Source: Escherichia phage vB_EcoM-CHD94UKE2
DNA: 64,000 bases
Sequence record: MZ234031.1
Strand: one strand, 5' to 3'
Positions 37,302 to 46,994 of the stretch are shown here, piece by piece. A model generated the notes under the pieces. That model saw nothing but the letters and a program-made list of their open reading frames with translations. It had not been told where the DNA came from and ran no database searches. A program made the translations under genes and the position numbers. Each line of letters starts with the position of its first letter. Within the stretch, counting starts at the first letter, position 1.

Positions 37302-37642
37302 TGTTTATCTTTAATTGGTTTAAAAATTTCTTTACGGATTTTTTCTCTACAGTTCCTGGGGAAGGTGTAGTTCCTATTTCAAATGACGACCTTCCTTTAA
37401 CTGTAGTTGAGTATGTTTATATGGGAGATGGAACAGTAGAAGCAGTCACTATGACTTATGAAGAAGCCCAAGAATATTATAAAAATCCTTGGCGCTGGTC
37501 AGTACCTACTACATCATCTAATGCACAGAATACACAGTCTAGTTCTGATTCATATGATACTAATGTTCCTGTTCATGTATGGACGGGCGATTCATGTGGA
37601 AGTTCTTGTGATTCTAGTTGTTCATCTACATCTTGTGATTGA
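37301..37642 (+). CDS. hypothetical protein (113 aa) with Ser/Cys-rich C-terminus
   Basis: C-terminus [18 protein letters not shown]. Confidence 0.45.
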   Translation: MFIFNWFKNFFTDFFSTVPGEGVVPISNDDLPLTVVEYVYMGDGTVEAVTMTYEEAQEYYKNPWRWSVPTTSSNAQNTQSSSDSYDTNVPVHVWTGDSCGSSCDSSCSSTSCD

Positions 37643-37650
37643 GGAAAATT

Positions 37651-38136
37651 ATGGAAGCAATTTTGTTTGAAATGTCTATCAATAGTATTAGTATGGCGTT
37701 TGTCAAGGATGTTCCAATTACCGTAGCAGTAATGATTGATAAAAGATATGACAATGACATGTATCTAGTAGAAGATTTTATTTCAATGCCAGTTCCAGAA
37801 GATGTTGAAATAAAACTTAAAAAGATCGGAATTATTGAAACTGTACAAAATTCTCCATTTATGGCAATTCAAGCATTTACTAAATCTAACTATATTGATG
37901 TTGCTGAAGCATACTATAATAATAAACCGTTATCCTTCTATTCATATGATTCAATATATGACTGGAAAATTGATAAGGGAAATAAATTTATAATTACGGA
38001 CGAAAGTGCGCTATCATATTTTATTACCTCTTTATGGAATAATTTAAATCCTAATTTGCTAAAAATTCATGAATTTGACGGTGTCCATACTATTGTTTTA
38101 GGTAAAATAAATGAAAGCTCTCAAGAAGATTCTTGA
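37651..38136 (+). CDS. hypothetical protein (161 aa)
   Basis: ATG 37651 after GAGGAAA; size and position fit T4 mrh but sequence not recognised. Confidence 0.45.
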   Translation: MEAILFEMSINSISMAFVKDVPITVAVMIDKRYDNDMYLVEDFISMPVPEDVEIKLKKIGIIETVQNSPFMAIQAFTKSNYIDVAEAYYNNKPLSFYSYDSIYDWKIDKGNKFIITDESALSYFITSLWNNLNPNLLKIHEFDGVHTIVLGKINESSQEDS

Positions 38137-38314
38137 ATGGTTCAATAGACCAAACTCAATGTACATTGATGATGGTTGGGTTGAACAAGCAAATAAAGAA
38201 ATGCAGAACGAATCAGAAGAATGGATGAAATCAATGATTAGTGCTGAGAAAGAAAAGAAATTAGAACGCTCAGCGCTTAAATTAATGAGAGACATCTATG
38301 GGGATAAATCGTGA
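38111..38314 (+). CDS. hypothetical protein (67 aa)
   Basis: ORF; start overlaps upstream gene by 26 nt. Confidence 0.4.
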   Translation: MKALKKILEWFNRPNSMYIDDGWVEQANKEMQNESEEWMKSMISAEKEKKLERSALKLMRDIYGDKS

Positions 38315-38475
38315 ACAAAGATATGACGTTAGAAGAGGCTAAAGCAAAAGCAAATGAAGCATTGGATTTGCTTCTTAAAATTGGCAGTAAAATGATGGAA
38401 GAAAATGAGAAATATATCCAGGAAAACAAAATTCCTGACGGCCCATTAGTAGGCAAGAGGAAATCACATGATTGA
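38311..38475 (+). CDS. hypothetical protein (54 aa)
   Basis: GTG start after GGGGA; short. Confidence 0.3.
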   Translation: MNKDMTLEEAKAKANEALDLLLKIGSKMMEENEKYIQENKIPDGPLVGKRKSHD

Positions 38476-38938
38476 AGTAGCAAAACATTATTCAATAGAA
38501 TTTATGTCTAAAGAAGGTAAATCAGTAAATACACTTGACAAAAAGTGCTCGTTAATTATTCCTTTAGCAGAAAATCCGGATATTTTAATTAAAGATATAA
38601 AAGAAAGAAAATACCCAGAAAATGTTATTCTAATTATAAAGCATACTGAAGATATTTTGCAGAATACTGATTCACCGTTTTCTTCTTCTGAAGCTTTAAC
38701 TATTAAAGGCTATAAAAGAGCTCATGAATATGGTCTTTTTGACCTGTTTGAAGACGATAAAGTTAAATTAGCGAGTCAACCTTCTAAAAGTAAAACATTC
38801 ATTATTGAAGATATTAAAGATATAAATGCATTCGTTAAGATGGTCTGGGCTCATTTTGATGTTGGACTACGCTGGAGAATGTCCGAAGAAGAAAGAAAGA
38901 TTATTGAAGCTAATCGTCAATTTGGTTTTTATCGCTAG
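38468..38938 (+). CDS. hypothetical protein (156 aa)
   Basis: GAGGAA SD. Confidence 0.5.
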   Translation: MIEVAKHYSIEFMSKEGKSVNTLDKKCSLIIPLAENPDILIKDIKERKYPENVILIIKHTEDILQNTDSPFSSSEALTIKGYKRAHEYGLFDLFEDDKVKLASQPSKSKTFIIEDIKDINAFVKMVWAHFDVGLRWRMSEEERKIIEANRQFGFYR

Positions 38939-38946
38939 GAATTAAT

Positions 38947-39129
38947 ATGGATTTATTTGAGATGTTAGAAGATAATCATTCTACGAATATCCAGAATGAT
39001 TCTAGTGATTATAAGAAAGAGTACCGTATAGTATTACAGAATTATGGAATTGAAGCCCCAGATGCTCTTCTAGAAGAACTAGCTTCATACCATCTTGACC
39101 CTCCGCCTTGGGCTCCTTGGGCAAAATAA
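38947..39129 (+). CDS. hypothetical protein (60 aa)
   Basis: AGGAA SD. Confidence 0.4.
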   Translation: MDLFEMLEDNHSTNIQNDSSDYKKEYRIVLQNYGIEAPDALLEELASYHLDPPPWAPWAK

Positions 39130-39140
39130 TTCAAAAAGTT

Positions 39141-39170
39141 GTTTACTTTCCTTTCTAACGATGATATGAT
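39141..39170 (+). promoter_or_regulatory. T4-type early promoter (GTTTAC-N18-TATGAT)
   Basis: -35 39141-39146, -10 39165-39170. Confidence 0.45.
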
Positions 39171-39196
39171 AGCTTCTGAAGTATACGGAGGCTATC

Positions 39197-39820
39197 ATGA
39201 TTATTAATCTTGCAGATGTTGAACAGTTATCTATAAAAGCTGAAAGCGTTGATTTTCAATATGATATGTATAAAAAGGTCTGTGAAAAATTTACTGACTT
39301 TGAGCAGTCTGTTCTTTGGCAATGTATGGAAGCTAAAAAGAATGAAGAGCTTCATCGGCAATTGAATAAAATCATTAAAAAGCATTTAACTAAATCGCCT
39401 TATCAGTTATATCGTGGTATATCAAAATCGACAAAAGAACTTATTAAAGATTTACAAGTTGGAGAAGTGTTTTCAACGAACAGGGTAGATTCATTTACTA
39501 CTAGTTTGCATACAGCGTGTTCTTTTTCTTATGCTGAATATTTTACTAAAATAATACTTCGTTTAAAAACTAATAAAGCTTTTAATTATTCTGACCATAT
39601 CAGCGATATTATACTTTCTTCTCCTAATACTGAGTTTAAGTACACGTATGAAGATACTGATGGGCTAGATTCAGAGCGTACTGATAACTTAATGATGATT
39701 GTGCGTGAACAAGAATGGATGATTCCAATTGGAAAGTATAGAATAACTTCTATTTCAAAAGAAAAATTACACGATTCATTTGGAACATTTAAAGTTTATG
39801 ATATTGAGGTAGTTGAATGA
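39197..39820 (+). CDS. modB: ADP-ribosyltransferase ModB-like
   Basis: 207 aa; R (YRGI), STN and EQEWMIP motifs consistent with the R-S-E ART fold; size and order as in T4. Confidence 0.6.
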   Translation: MIINLADVEQLSIKAESVDFQYDMYKKVCEKFTDFEQSVLWQCMEAKKNEELHRQLNKIIKKHLTKSPYQLYRGISKSTKELIKDLQVGEVFSTNRVDSFTTSLHTACSFSYAEYFTKIILRLKTNKAFNYSDHISDIILSSPNTEFKYTYEDTDGLDSERTDNLMMIVREQEWMIPIGKYRITSISKEKLHDSFGTFKVYDIEVVE

Positions 39821-40419
39821 AATACTCAGTAATGCAACTAAAAGATTTTAAAATAAAATCAATGGATGCATCGGTGCGTGCTTCTATTCGTGAAGAATTA
39901 CTTTCTGAAGGGTTTAATTTATCTGAAATTGAACTTTTAATTCATTGTATTACTAATAAGCCAGATGACCATACTTGGTTAAATGAAATAATCAAATCTC
40001 GTTTGGTTCCAAACGATAAACCTCTTTGGAGAGGTGTTCCAGCTGAGACTAAACAAGTATTAAATCAAGGAATTGATATTATTACATTTGATAAAGTCGT
40101 ATCAGCTTCATATGATAAAAATATAGCTCTACATTTTGCTTCCGGTTTAGAGTATAACACACAAGTTATTTTTGAATTCAAAGCTCCTATGGTATTCAAT
40201 TTCCAGGAGTATGCTATAAAAGCTCTGCGCTGTAAAGAATACAATCCAAACTTTAAGTTTCCGGATAGCCATCGTTATCGTAATATGGAATTAGTTTCAG
40301 ATGAACAAGAAGTAATGATACCAGCTGGAAGTGTATTTAGAATTGCAGATAGATATGAGTATAAAAAGTATTCAACATACACTATCTATACTCTTGATTT
40401 TGAAGGATTTAATCTATAA
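39817..40419 (+). CDS. modA: ADP-ribosyltransferase ModA-like
   Basis: 200 aa; WRGV, SAS, EQEVMIP motifs; paralogue of upstream gene. Confidence 0.6.
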   Translation: MKYSVMQLKDFKIKSMDASVRASIREELLSEGFNLSEIELLIHCITNKPDDHTWLNEIIKSRLVPNDKPLWRGVPAETKQVLNQGIDIITFDKVVSASYDKNIALHFASGLEYNTQVIFEFKAPMVFNFQEYAIKALRCKEYNPNFKFPDSHRYRNMELVSDEQEVMIPAGSVFRIADRYEYKKYSTYTIYTLDFEGFNL

Positions 40420-40475
40420 TGGAAGGACTTAGATTCATTATACCATGAAATTTTTGAAGCATTTTTCATAAAATT

Positions 40476-40505
40476 GTTTACAAGCCAAGGTAAAAATGTT
40501 ATAGT
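40476..40505 (+). promoter_or_regulatory. T4-type early promoter (GTTTAC-N18-TATAGT)
   Basis: -35 40476-40481, -10 40500-40505. Confidence 0.5.
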
Positions 40506-40540
40506 ATAGTAGTCAATCGTCCGTAAGATGTGAGAAAAAT

Positions 40541-41287
40541 ATGAAACTGTCTAATAATCAAATTCGTAAAATTAAACGTCGTTTAGAGCACACTCAGGCA
40601 TCTGCAAAAAGACGTTCTAAAGATTTTAACTTAGACTTCAATTACATTAAGAATATTTTAGATCAAAAAGTTTGTGCCTATTCAGGAGAACCTTTTGATA
40701 ATCGTATTGAAGGAGAGAAATTATCATTAGAACGTTTTGATAATAACATTGGATACATTAAAGGGAATGTTATTGCAGTAAAGAAAAAGTATAATACATT
40801 TCGTTCTGATTATACTTTAGAAGAGTTGATTGAAAAACGGGATTTATTTGCTTTGCGAATTGGTCGTTCATCTGCGAAAAAAGTTCATAAACTAAATTTA
40901 GATGAAAAGAAATGGGCTAAAATCAAAAAGACTTATAATCAAATTAAAGCTATACAGAAAAAGCGTGAAAATCGAATTGAACACATTTCTCAGCTTTCTA
41001 AATCAAAACAGACCTCTGACATTAAGCTAAGAATTATAGCACTTAAAGCTCGTATTGATGGTTCTCGCATAGCAGAAGGCGCTGAAGTTGTTAAACTGAA
41101 CGTTCTTCTTAAAGGCTCGGATTGGAAAATTGTGAAAAAGTTGTCAGAAGCAGAAATGCAATATGATGTGTGTGATAAAATTATTCAAGGTGTAGAGCGG
41201 TATCAAAACTTGTCTTTTATTGATAAACTTAAACTGAAAAGAGGATACCCGCTAAATTGTTCAATTTTTAAACTTATCCGAGGATAA
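40541..41287 (+). CDS. hypothetical basic protein (248 aa)
   Basis: size and position fit T4 srd but sequence not recognised. Confidence 0.45.
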   Translation: MKLSNNQIRKIKRRLEHTQASAKRRSKDFNLDFNYIKNILDQKVCAYSGEPFDNRIEGEKLSLERFDNNIGYIKGNVIAVKKKYNTFRSDYTLEELIEKRDLFALRIGRSSAKKVHKLNLDEKKWAKIKKTYNQIKAIQKKRENRIEHISQLSKSKQTSDIKLRIIALKARIDGSRIAEGAEVVKLNVLLKGSDWKIVKKLSEAEMQYDVCDKIIQGVERYQNLSFIDKLKLKRGYPLNCSIFKLIRG

Positions 41288-41288
41288 T

Positions 41289-41600
41289 ATGGTTTATGTA
41301 TATGCGATAGTTTACCGAGACAAAGACGGATTTACGGCGCCAGTTCCACTTGATGAACATCGTCCTGCTGTGTTTTTTGAAAGAGAGATTGCTGATAGAG
41401 TTTTTACTACTCTCAAAGACCAATATAAACTAGCTTTAGGTATGGGAATTCCAAGACTAGTTGAGACTCCACGCAAGTTTTGGTTTAATAAAATAGAAGT
41501 TAAACATGTTAAGCCTGATGTAGATACACAAAGATTATATCAACGAATTCTAGATACTGGGCGTATTGTTAGTATTCCAATTGCAGGGACTTTCCGATGA
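41289..41600 (+). CDS. hypothetical protein (103 aa)
   Basis: ORF immediately upstream of dda. Confidence 0.45.
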   Translation: MVYVYAIVYRDKDGFTAPVPLDEHRPAVFFEREIADRVFTTLKDQYKLALGMGIPRLVETPRKFWFNKIEVKHVKPDVDTQRLYQRILDTGRIVSIPIAGTFR

Positions 41601-42916
41601 CATTTGATGATTTGACAGAAGGCCAGAAAAATGCCTTTAACATCGTTATGAGGGCTATTAAAGAAAAGAAACATCATGTAACTATTAATGGACCTGCTGG
41701 TACTGGTAAGACTACTCTTACTAAGTTCATCATTGAAGCTTTAATATCTACGGGTGAAACTGGTATTATTTTAGCAGCTCCTACACATGCAGCTAAAAAG
41801 ATTCTTTCAAAACTGTCGGGGAAAGAAGCGAGTACTATTCACAGTATTCTTAAAATTAACCCAGTTACGTATGAAGAAAACGTTCTTTTTGAACAGAAGG
41901 AAGTACCAGATTTAGCTAAATGCAGGGTATTAATCTGCGACGAAGCGTCAATGTATGATAGAAAGCTATTTAAAATTCTGCTTTCAACTATTCCACCTTG
42001 GTGTACTATAATTGGAATAGGTGATAATAAGCAAATTAGACCTGTTGATCCAGGAGAAAATACTGCTTATATCAGTCCATTCTTTACACATAAAGATTTT
42101 TATCAGTGTGAACTCACTGAAGTTAAACGCAGTAATGCTCCTATTATTGATGTAGCTACTGACGTTCGTAACGGTAAGTGGATTTATGATAAAGTTGTTG
42201 ACGGGCATGGAGTACGTGGATTTACTGGTGATACCGCTTTACGCGATTTTATGGTAAATTATTTTTCAATCGTCAAATCTCTAGATGATTTGTTTGAAAA
42301 TCGCGTAATGGCATTTACGAATAAATCTGTTGACAAGTTAAATAGCATTATTCGTAAAAAGATTTTTGAAACTGATAAAGATTTTATTGTCGGTGAAATT
42401 ATTGTAATGCAGGAACCATTAATTAAAACATATAAAATTGATGGAAAGCCTGTGTCAGAAATTATTTTTAATAACGGACAATTAGTTCGTATTATAGAAG
42501 CAGAGTATACATCAACATTTGTTAAAGCTCGTGGTGTTTCTGGAGAATACTTAATTCGTCATTGGGATTTAACAGTAGAAACTTACGGCGATGATGAATA
42601 TTATCGTGAAAAGATTAAAATAATTTCATCTGATGAAGAGCTATATAAGTTTAACCTATTTTTAGGTAAAACAGCAGAAACTTATAAAAACTGGAATAAG
42701 GGTGGAAAAGCTCCATGGAGTGATTTTTGGGATGCTAAATCACAGTTTAGTAAAGTGAAAGCACTTCCTGCATCAACATTCCATAAAGCGCAGGGTATGT
42801 CTGTAGACCGTGCTTTCATCTATACACCTTGTATTCATTATGCAGATGCTGAATTGGCTCAACAACTTCTTTATGTTGGTGTTACCCGTGGTCGTTATGA
42901 CGTATTTTATGTGTGA
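41597..42916 (+). CDS. dda: DNA helicase Dda (SF1)
   Basis: 439 aa, Walker A GPAGTGKTT. Confidence 0.95.
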   Translation: MTFDDLTEGQKNAFNIVMRAIKEKKHHVTINGPAGTGKTTLTKFIIEALISTGETGIILAAPTHAAKKILSKLSGKEASTIHSILKINPVTYEENVLFEQKEVPDLAKCRVLICDEASMYDRKLFKILLSTIPPWCTIIGIGDNKQIRPVDPGENTAYISPFFTHKDFYQCELTEVKRSNAPIIDVATDVRNGKWIYDKVVDGHGVRGFTGDTALRDFMVNYFSIVKSLDDLFENRVMAFTNKSVDKLNSIIRKKIFETDKDFIVGEIIVMQEPLIKTYKIDGKPVSEIIFNNGQLVRIIEAEYTSTFVKARGVSGEYLIRHWDLTVETYGDDEYYREKIKIISSDEELYKFNLFLGKTAETYKNWNKGGKAPWSDFWDAKSQFSKVKALPASTFHKAQGMSVDRAFIYTPCIHYADAELAQQLLYVGVTRGRYDVFYV

Positions 42917-42922
42917 GGATAT

Positions 42923-43183
42923 ATGATTAACATCAATTCAAAATATTTAAATCGTCTAATAGATTGTATAAGGAAGCATACTAATAAGCAAGATAATCTC
43001 GATGTTATGGTAACAGGAGCTGAGCTCCTTCATAAGCTTTATCTTATAAGTGATACTATATTAGCAATTAAACGAATTGAAAAACAATCATATCACAGTA
43101 ATACAGATACGGTAATTACACTAGATGAAAGTGTCTGTAAATTACTAATTAAATTTGAGGAAGCTATTCGTGGAAATAACTAA
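42923..43183 (+). CDS. hypothetical protein (86 aa), first of three tandem similar small ORFs
   Basis: ORF after dda. Confidence 0.45.
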   Translation: MININSKYLNRLIDCIRKHTNKQDNLDVMVTGAELLHKLYLISDTILAIKRIEKQSYHSNTDTVITLDESVCKLLIKFEEAIRGNN

Positions 43184-43415
43184 AGACCAGTTTTATCTGC
43201 TTCAAGATAAAGTGAGCGAAATTTATGAAATAGCTTATAGTAAAAATCGTGAAACTGTAAAAATTGAATCTAGTAAGTTGATGCTTCAATTAGAAGAAAT
43301 TGAACGAGATTTAATTGCGTTAGAATTCTTTTGTGGTGAAGTGAAAACTGTCACAATCAGTGATTATGTTTTAGGTGAAATTAGCTATCTTTATAAGGCG
43401 ATTATTAATGATTGA
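43170..43415 (+). CDS. hypothetical protein (81 aa), second tandem ORF
   Basis: GTG 43170 after GAGGAA; start uncertain. Confidence 0.4.
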   Translation: MEITKDQFYLLQDKVSEIYEIAYSKNRETVKIESSKLMLQLEEIERDLIALEFFCGEVKTVTISDYVLGEISYLYKAIIND

Positions 43416-43650
43416 ATTAAGTTGGTGTCAGTTTAAATCTCTTATGACAAATGTTAAAGCTGTCATTGAGAAAAATTCTGGTCCTGAAAATATTACTATT
43501 CGCGAAAAAGCTTTAAAGATAATATACAGTCTTGAAGAGATGCAAAAAGATATTGAATCTATGGCAAAATTTATTGATGAACCTATTAATAAAGTTTATA
43601 TTCAAGACTATACTGTAGGCCAAATTCGCGATTTAGCGAGGAAAATTTAA
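43408..43650 (+). CDS. hypothetical protein (80 aa), third tandem ORF
   Basis: ATG 43408; start uncertain. Confidence 0.35.
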   Translation: MIELSWCQFKSLMTNVKAVIEKNSGPENITIREKALKIIYSLEEMQKDIESMAKFIDEPINKVYIQDYTVGQIRDLARKI

Positions 43651-44333
43651 TGTTTGATTTTATTATAGATTTTGAAACAATGGGAAGTGGTGAAAAAGCA
43701 GCTGTTATTGATTTAGCTGTAATTGCTTTTGACCCTAACCCAGAAGTAGTTGAAACATTTGATGAATTAGTTTCACGCGGCATTAAAATCAAATTTGATT
43801 TAAAAAGCCAAAAAGGACATCGTCTTTTTACTAAAAGCACTATCGAATGGTGGAAAAATCAGTCTCCTGAAGCTCGAAAAAATATTGCACCGTCCGATGA
43901 AGATGTAAGCACTATCGACGGTATTGCGAAATTTAATGATTACATCAATGCACATAATATCGATCCTTGGAAATCTCAAGGCTGGTGCCGTGGAATGTCG
44001 TTTGATTTTCCAATTTTAGTCGATCTCATTCGTGATATTCAACGTCTTAATGGTGTTTCTGAGAATGAACTTGACACATTTAAGTTAGAACCATGTAAAT
44101 TCTGGAATCAGCGTGATATTCGTACCAGAATTGAAGCACTTCTGCTTGTTCGTGATATGACCACGTGTCCTCTTCCAAAAGGAACTTTAGATGGATTCGT
44201 TGCGCATGATTCTATTCATGACTGCGCGAAAGACATCCTGATGATGAAGTACGCTTTGCGATATGCTATGGGTCTTGAAGATGCTCCATCAGAGGAAGAT
44301 TGCGATCCTCTATCTCTTCCAACAAAACGATAA
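43650..44333 (+). CDS. dexA: exonuclease A DexA
   Basis: 227 aa, MFDFIIDFETMGSGEKAAVIDLAVIAF (DEDD-like exonuclease N-terminus). Confidence 0.85.
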   Translation: MFDFIIDFETMGSGEKAAVIDLAVIAFDPNPEVVETFDELVSRGIKIKFDLKSQKGHRLFTKSTIEWWKNQSPEARKNIAPSDEDVSTIDGIAKFNDYINAHNIDPWKSQGWCRGMSFDFPILVDLIRDIQRLNGVSENELDTFKLEPCKFWNQRDIRTRIEALLLVRDMTTCPLPKGTLDGFVAHDSIHDCAKDILMMKYALRYAMGLEDAPSEEDCDPLSLPTKR

Positions 44334-44339
44334 AAAGTT

Positions 44340-44369
44340 GTTTACTTCCTCGGTTAGTTGTGGTATTAT
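44340..44369 (+). promoter_or_regulatory. T4-type early promoter (GTTTAC-N18-TATTAT)
   Basis: -35 44340-44345, -10 44364-44369. Confidence 0.5.
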
Positions 44370-44396
44370 AACACCATAGCTACTGAGGATAATAAA

Positions 44397-44897
44397 ATGA
44401 AAATTTATCGTGTTGAATCATCGTTTAGTATTCTTGATTATGAAGATGCTATAACAATACGTCGAAATCTTTGTGTTCAAATAACGCCGTACAGGAGTAT
44501 AATAGATTCATGGAGCGAAGAGTGGCTATTACACGTAGGTTATGACAGACCTAATTTTATGCATCATAGCGATAATAATAAAAGAATTCCTTTACCACAC
44601 GAAGATAAACTATTAGTTAAAAACGCTAATATAGTAATTAATACTAAGTTCAAGAAAGATTATGTTGGAGTAGAATATCATATTCCAGGATGGTTTATAG
44701 CTCTTTATCATTTTGCTTTCGCTAGCGAATATGATATGATGAGATGGTTCACACGAGAAGAGCGTGAAGAATTAGCTTCGAAAGGATTTTATCTTGCTGT
44801 ATACGAAGTACCAGATGACCAAGTTATCGTTGGCGGGCATCAAGTAATGTTCCGTAAATCCCATGCTGAACTTGTAGATTTTATTGAAATGAGATAA
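44397..44897 (+). CDS. hypothetical protein (166 aa)
   Basis: ATG 44397 after GAGGA; ORF-track start 44358 lies in the promoter. Confidence 0.5.
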   Translation: MKIYRVESSFSILDYEDAITIRRNLCVQITPYRSIIDSWSEEWLLHVGYDRPNFMHHSDNNKRIPLPHEDKLLVKNANIVINTKFKKDYVGVEYHIPGWFIALYHFAFASEYDMMRWFTREEREELASKGFYLAVYEVPDDQVIVGGHQVMFRKSHAELVDFIEMR

Positions 44898-44899
44898 TT

Positions 44900-45445
44900 A
44901 TGAAATTTAATTATAATCCTGAATACACACCGAATCCGGCAGCTAAACTGATTGATTTTGACGTTGTAAGTACTTATGTATGCCCTGTTAAACCACTGGA
45001 AATTAAGGAACCTACTATGACTACCGCTATTGAAATCGGCAAAACCTACAAACTGGTTGAACCTAAAATTAAAACTAATGCCTTGATTTCTGGTCATAAA
45101 ACTCTGACTGATGTTTTTGGCGAAGGCGAATTTATTGTTGAAGAATTTGCCAAAAGTGAGTGGTTTGACAAATCTTACGTCATCCACGGTCGCCGGTTAG
45201 ATAATAACAAAATAAAGAAAAACCTGGTTTATGAAGATGAGTTCATCCTGTTCCAAGAAGTTGAAGAACAAGACCCTACAGACCTGTTGTGTGCTGCTGT
45301 GTCTATCCGTCGTCCTTTTGATAATCCTATCTGTGGTTGGGTAACAGACCAGTGGATTGAAGATGGTGTTGAGCTTCTGAACGTTGTCCATGCAGGAGAT
45401 TTTAGTGTAGTACCTCGTAGTGCGGTGGTAGCTATTTTGAATTAA
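44900..45445 (+). CDS. hypothetical protein (181 aa)
   Basis: ORF directly after upstream stop. Confidence 0.5.
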   Translation: MKFNYNPEYTPNPAAKLIDFDVVSTYVCPVKPLEIKEPTMTTAIEIGKTYKLVEPKIKTNALISGHKTLTDVFGEGEFIVEEFAKSEWFDKSYVIHGRRLDNNKIKKNLVYEDEFILFQEVEEQDPTDLLCAAVSIRRPFDNPICGWVTDQWIEDGVELLNVVHAGDFSVVPRSAVVAILN

Positions 45446-45447
45446 TA

Positions 45448-45477
45448 GTTTACAAACTCTTGGGACCAGAGTATAAT
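45448..45477 (+). promoter_or_regulatory. T4-type early promoter (GTTTAC-N18-TATAAT)
   Basis: -35 45448-45453, -10 45472-45477; -10 embedded in GGACC...GGTCC palindrome. Confidence 0.55.
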
Positions 45478-45521
45478 GGTCCTGTGGAGTATAAAATCTT
45501 TTTAACAAGTGAGAGATAACT

Positions 45522-46010
45522 ATGATTATTAATATTGGTGAAATTGCTCGTGTATCTGATAAATCCCGTTCTAAAGCAGCAGGAAAATTGGTCGAAGTTG
45601 TAAGCATTCAGCTTAAACACGGTGTTAAAGATGAAGATTCTGAAGTAAAAGTACGTATCATTGCTAAAGATGGAATGTCTAAGCCCCAGTTTGGTTATGT
45701 TCGATGGAAATTTCTTGAGCCTGCGTTTTTGAAAGCTGTTCCTGCTAAAGGAATTGAAACGATTGATACTTCGCATGTAGGTGTAGACTTTAAGTGGAAA
45801 CTCGGTCAAGCTATCAAGTTCATTGCTCCTTGTGAATTTAAATTTATCAAAGATGATGGAAAGGCTGTTTATACTCGCGCTATGTGTGGATACATTACCG
45901 ATCAATGGGTAGAAGATGGCGTTAAGTTGTACAACGTGGTATTTTTAGGAACATATAAAGTCATTCCTGAAAGTTGGATTAAACACTACAGCAATGCTCT
46001 CTATGCATAA
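45522..46010 (+). CDS. hypothetical protein (162 aa)
   Basis: size and position fit T4 motB but sequence not recognised; paralogous to the 181-aa upstream protein. Confidence 0.5.
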   Translation: MIINIGEIARVSDKSRSKAAGKLVEVVSIQLKHGVKDEDSEVKVRIIAKDGMSKPQFGYVRWKFLEPAFLKAVPAKGIETIDTSHVGVDFKWKLGQAIKFIAPCEFKFIKDDGKAVYTRAMCGYITDQWVEDGVKLYNVVFLGTYKVIPESWIKHYSNALYA

Positions 46011-46040
46011 AGTTTAAAATTTTTTCATAAAACTATATAC

Positions 46041-46083
46041 ATCAGTAGTTGATTATGGTACTATATCAATATCAACTACTGAT
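46041..46083 (+). repeat. 13-bp perfect inverted repeat flanking a promoter -10-like TGGTACTATA
   Basis: ATCAGTAGTTGAT 46041-46053 pairs with ATCAACTACTGAT 46071-46083. Confidence 0.8.
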
Positions 46084-46181
46084 ACAGAAAACAACTTGGA
46101 GAATAAAATGGATAATTCGTTAAAGGTGCGCTGATACTCTTCTGAAACGCATCGCTCCAATGTTCAATTAATGAGGAAATT

Positions 46182-46400
46182 ATGATGAAACGTAAAATTG
46201 TTCAGAATTGCACTAATGATGAATTTGAAGATGTATTATTCGATCCAGATTTGGTAGTAGTTCAAAAGGAACACACTATCAAGTTTACTCACTTGACTTC
46301 GGTTTATGTGTATGAAAAGGTTGGGGATAAACAACCAATTTACGGTGTATTTCGTGAAATCACTGAAGATGGTACAACTTACTGGAAGGAAATTTATTAA
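46182..46400 (+). CDS. hypothetical protein (72 aa)
   Basis: GAGGAAATT SD, ATGATG start. Confidence 0.4.
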   Translation: MMKRKIVQNCTNDEFEDVLFDPDLVVVQKEHTIKFTHLTSVYVYEKVGDKQPIYGVFREITEDGTTYWKEIY

Positions 46401-46813
46401 TGGCTATTAAATTTGAAGTTAATAAATGGTATCAATTTAAAAATAAACAAGCTCAAGAAAATTTTATTAAAGACCATACTGATAACGGAATCTATGCACG
46501 CCGTTTAGGTATGCATCCTTTTAAAATTTTAGATGTGGATGCTCTTGGGCGTCCTATTAAAATTATGTCATTTGCTGGAAATTTAGTACTATCTTCTGGT
46601 AAAGATATTTTGGATGAAGATTTTATTTGGCTTTCATCGAATGAAGCTGAATTCTTTAATGAAGTTGAAAATCCATACCAGGCAGCTGAAGAGCAGGAAG
46701 AATCTGCACCGATAACTGATCAATCTAAATTCCCTGTAATGAAAGTTACTATTGAAAATGATGAACAGGCATGGTCCTTGTATCAGATGTTGAAAGCTCA
46801 CTTTAAGGAATAA
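46400..46813 (+). CDS. hypothetical protein (137 aa)
   Basis: TAATG junction. Confidence 0.45.
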   Translation: MAIKFEVNKWYQFKNKQAQENFIKDHTDNGIYARRLGMHPFKILDVDALGRPIKIMSFAGNLVLSSGKDILDEDFIWLSSNEAEFFNEVENPYQAAEEQEESAPITDQSKFPVMKVTIENDEQAWSLYQMLKAHFKE

Positions 46814-46815
46814 TT

Positions 46816-46992
46816 ATGCCGCTTTATGATTATAAATGTCAATCAAAAGACTGCGCAAAAGAATACGAAAAAATCAAGAAAATTTCTGAAAGAGATACTG
46901 ATGTATGTCCTGATTGTCATCGGATTGCTATTCGGTTAGTCTCTGCCCCTAAGCATGTGAATGGCGGATTTTACGACTTACTTAAAGGGTAA
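46816..46992 (+). CDS. FmdB-type zinc-ribbon protein (58 aa)
   Basis: MPLYDYKCQSKDC...CPDCH, characteristic MPxYxYxC N-terminus. Confidence 0.5.
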   Translation: MPLYDYKCQSKDCAKEYEKIKKISERDTDVCPDCHRIAIRLVSAPKHVNGGFYDLLKG

Positions 46993-46994
46993 TT

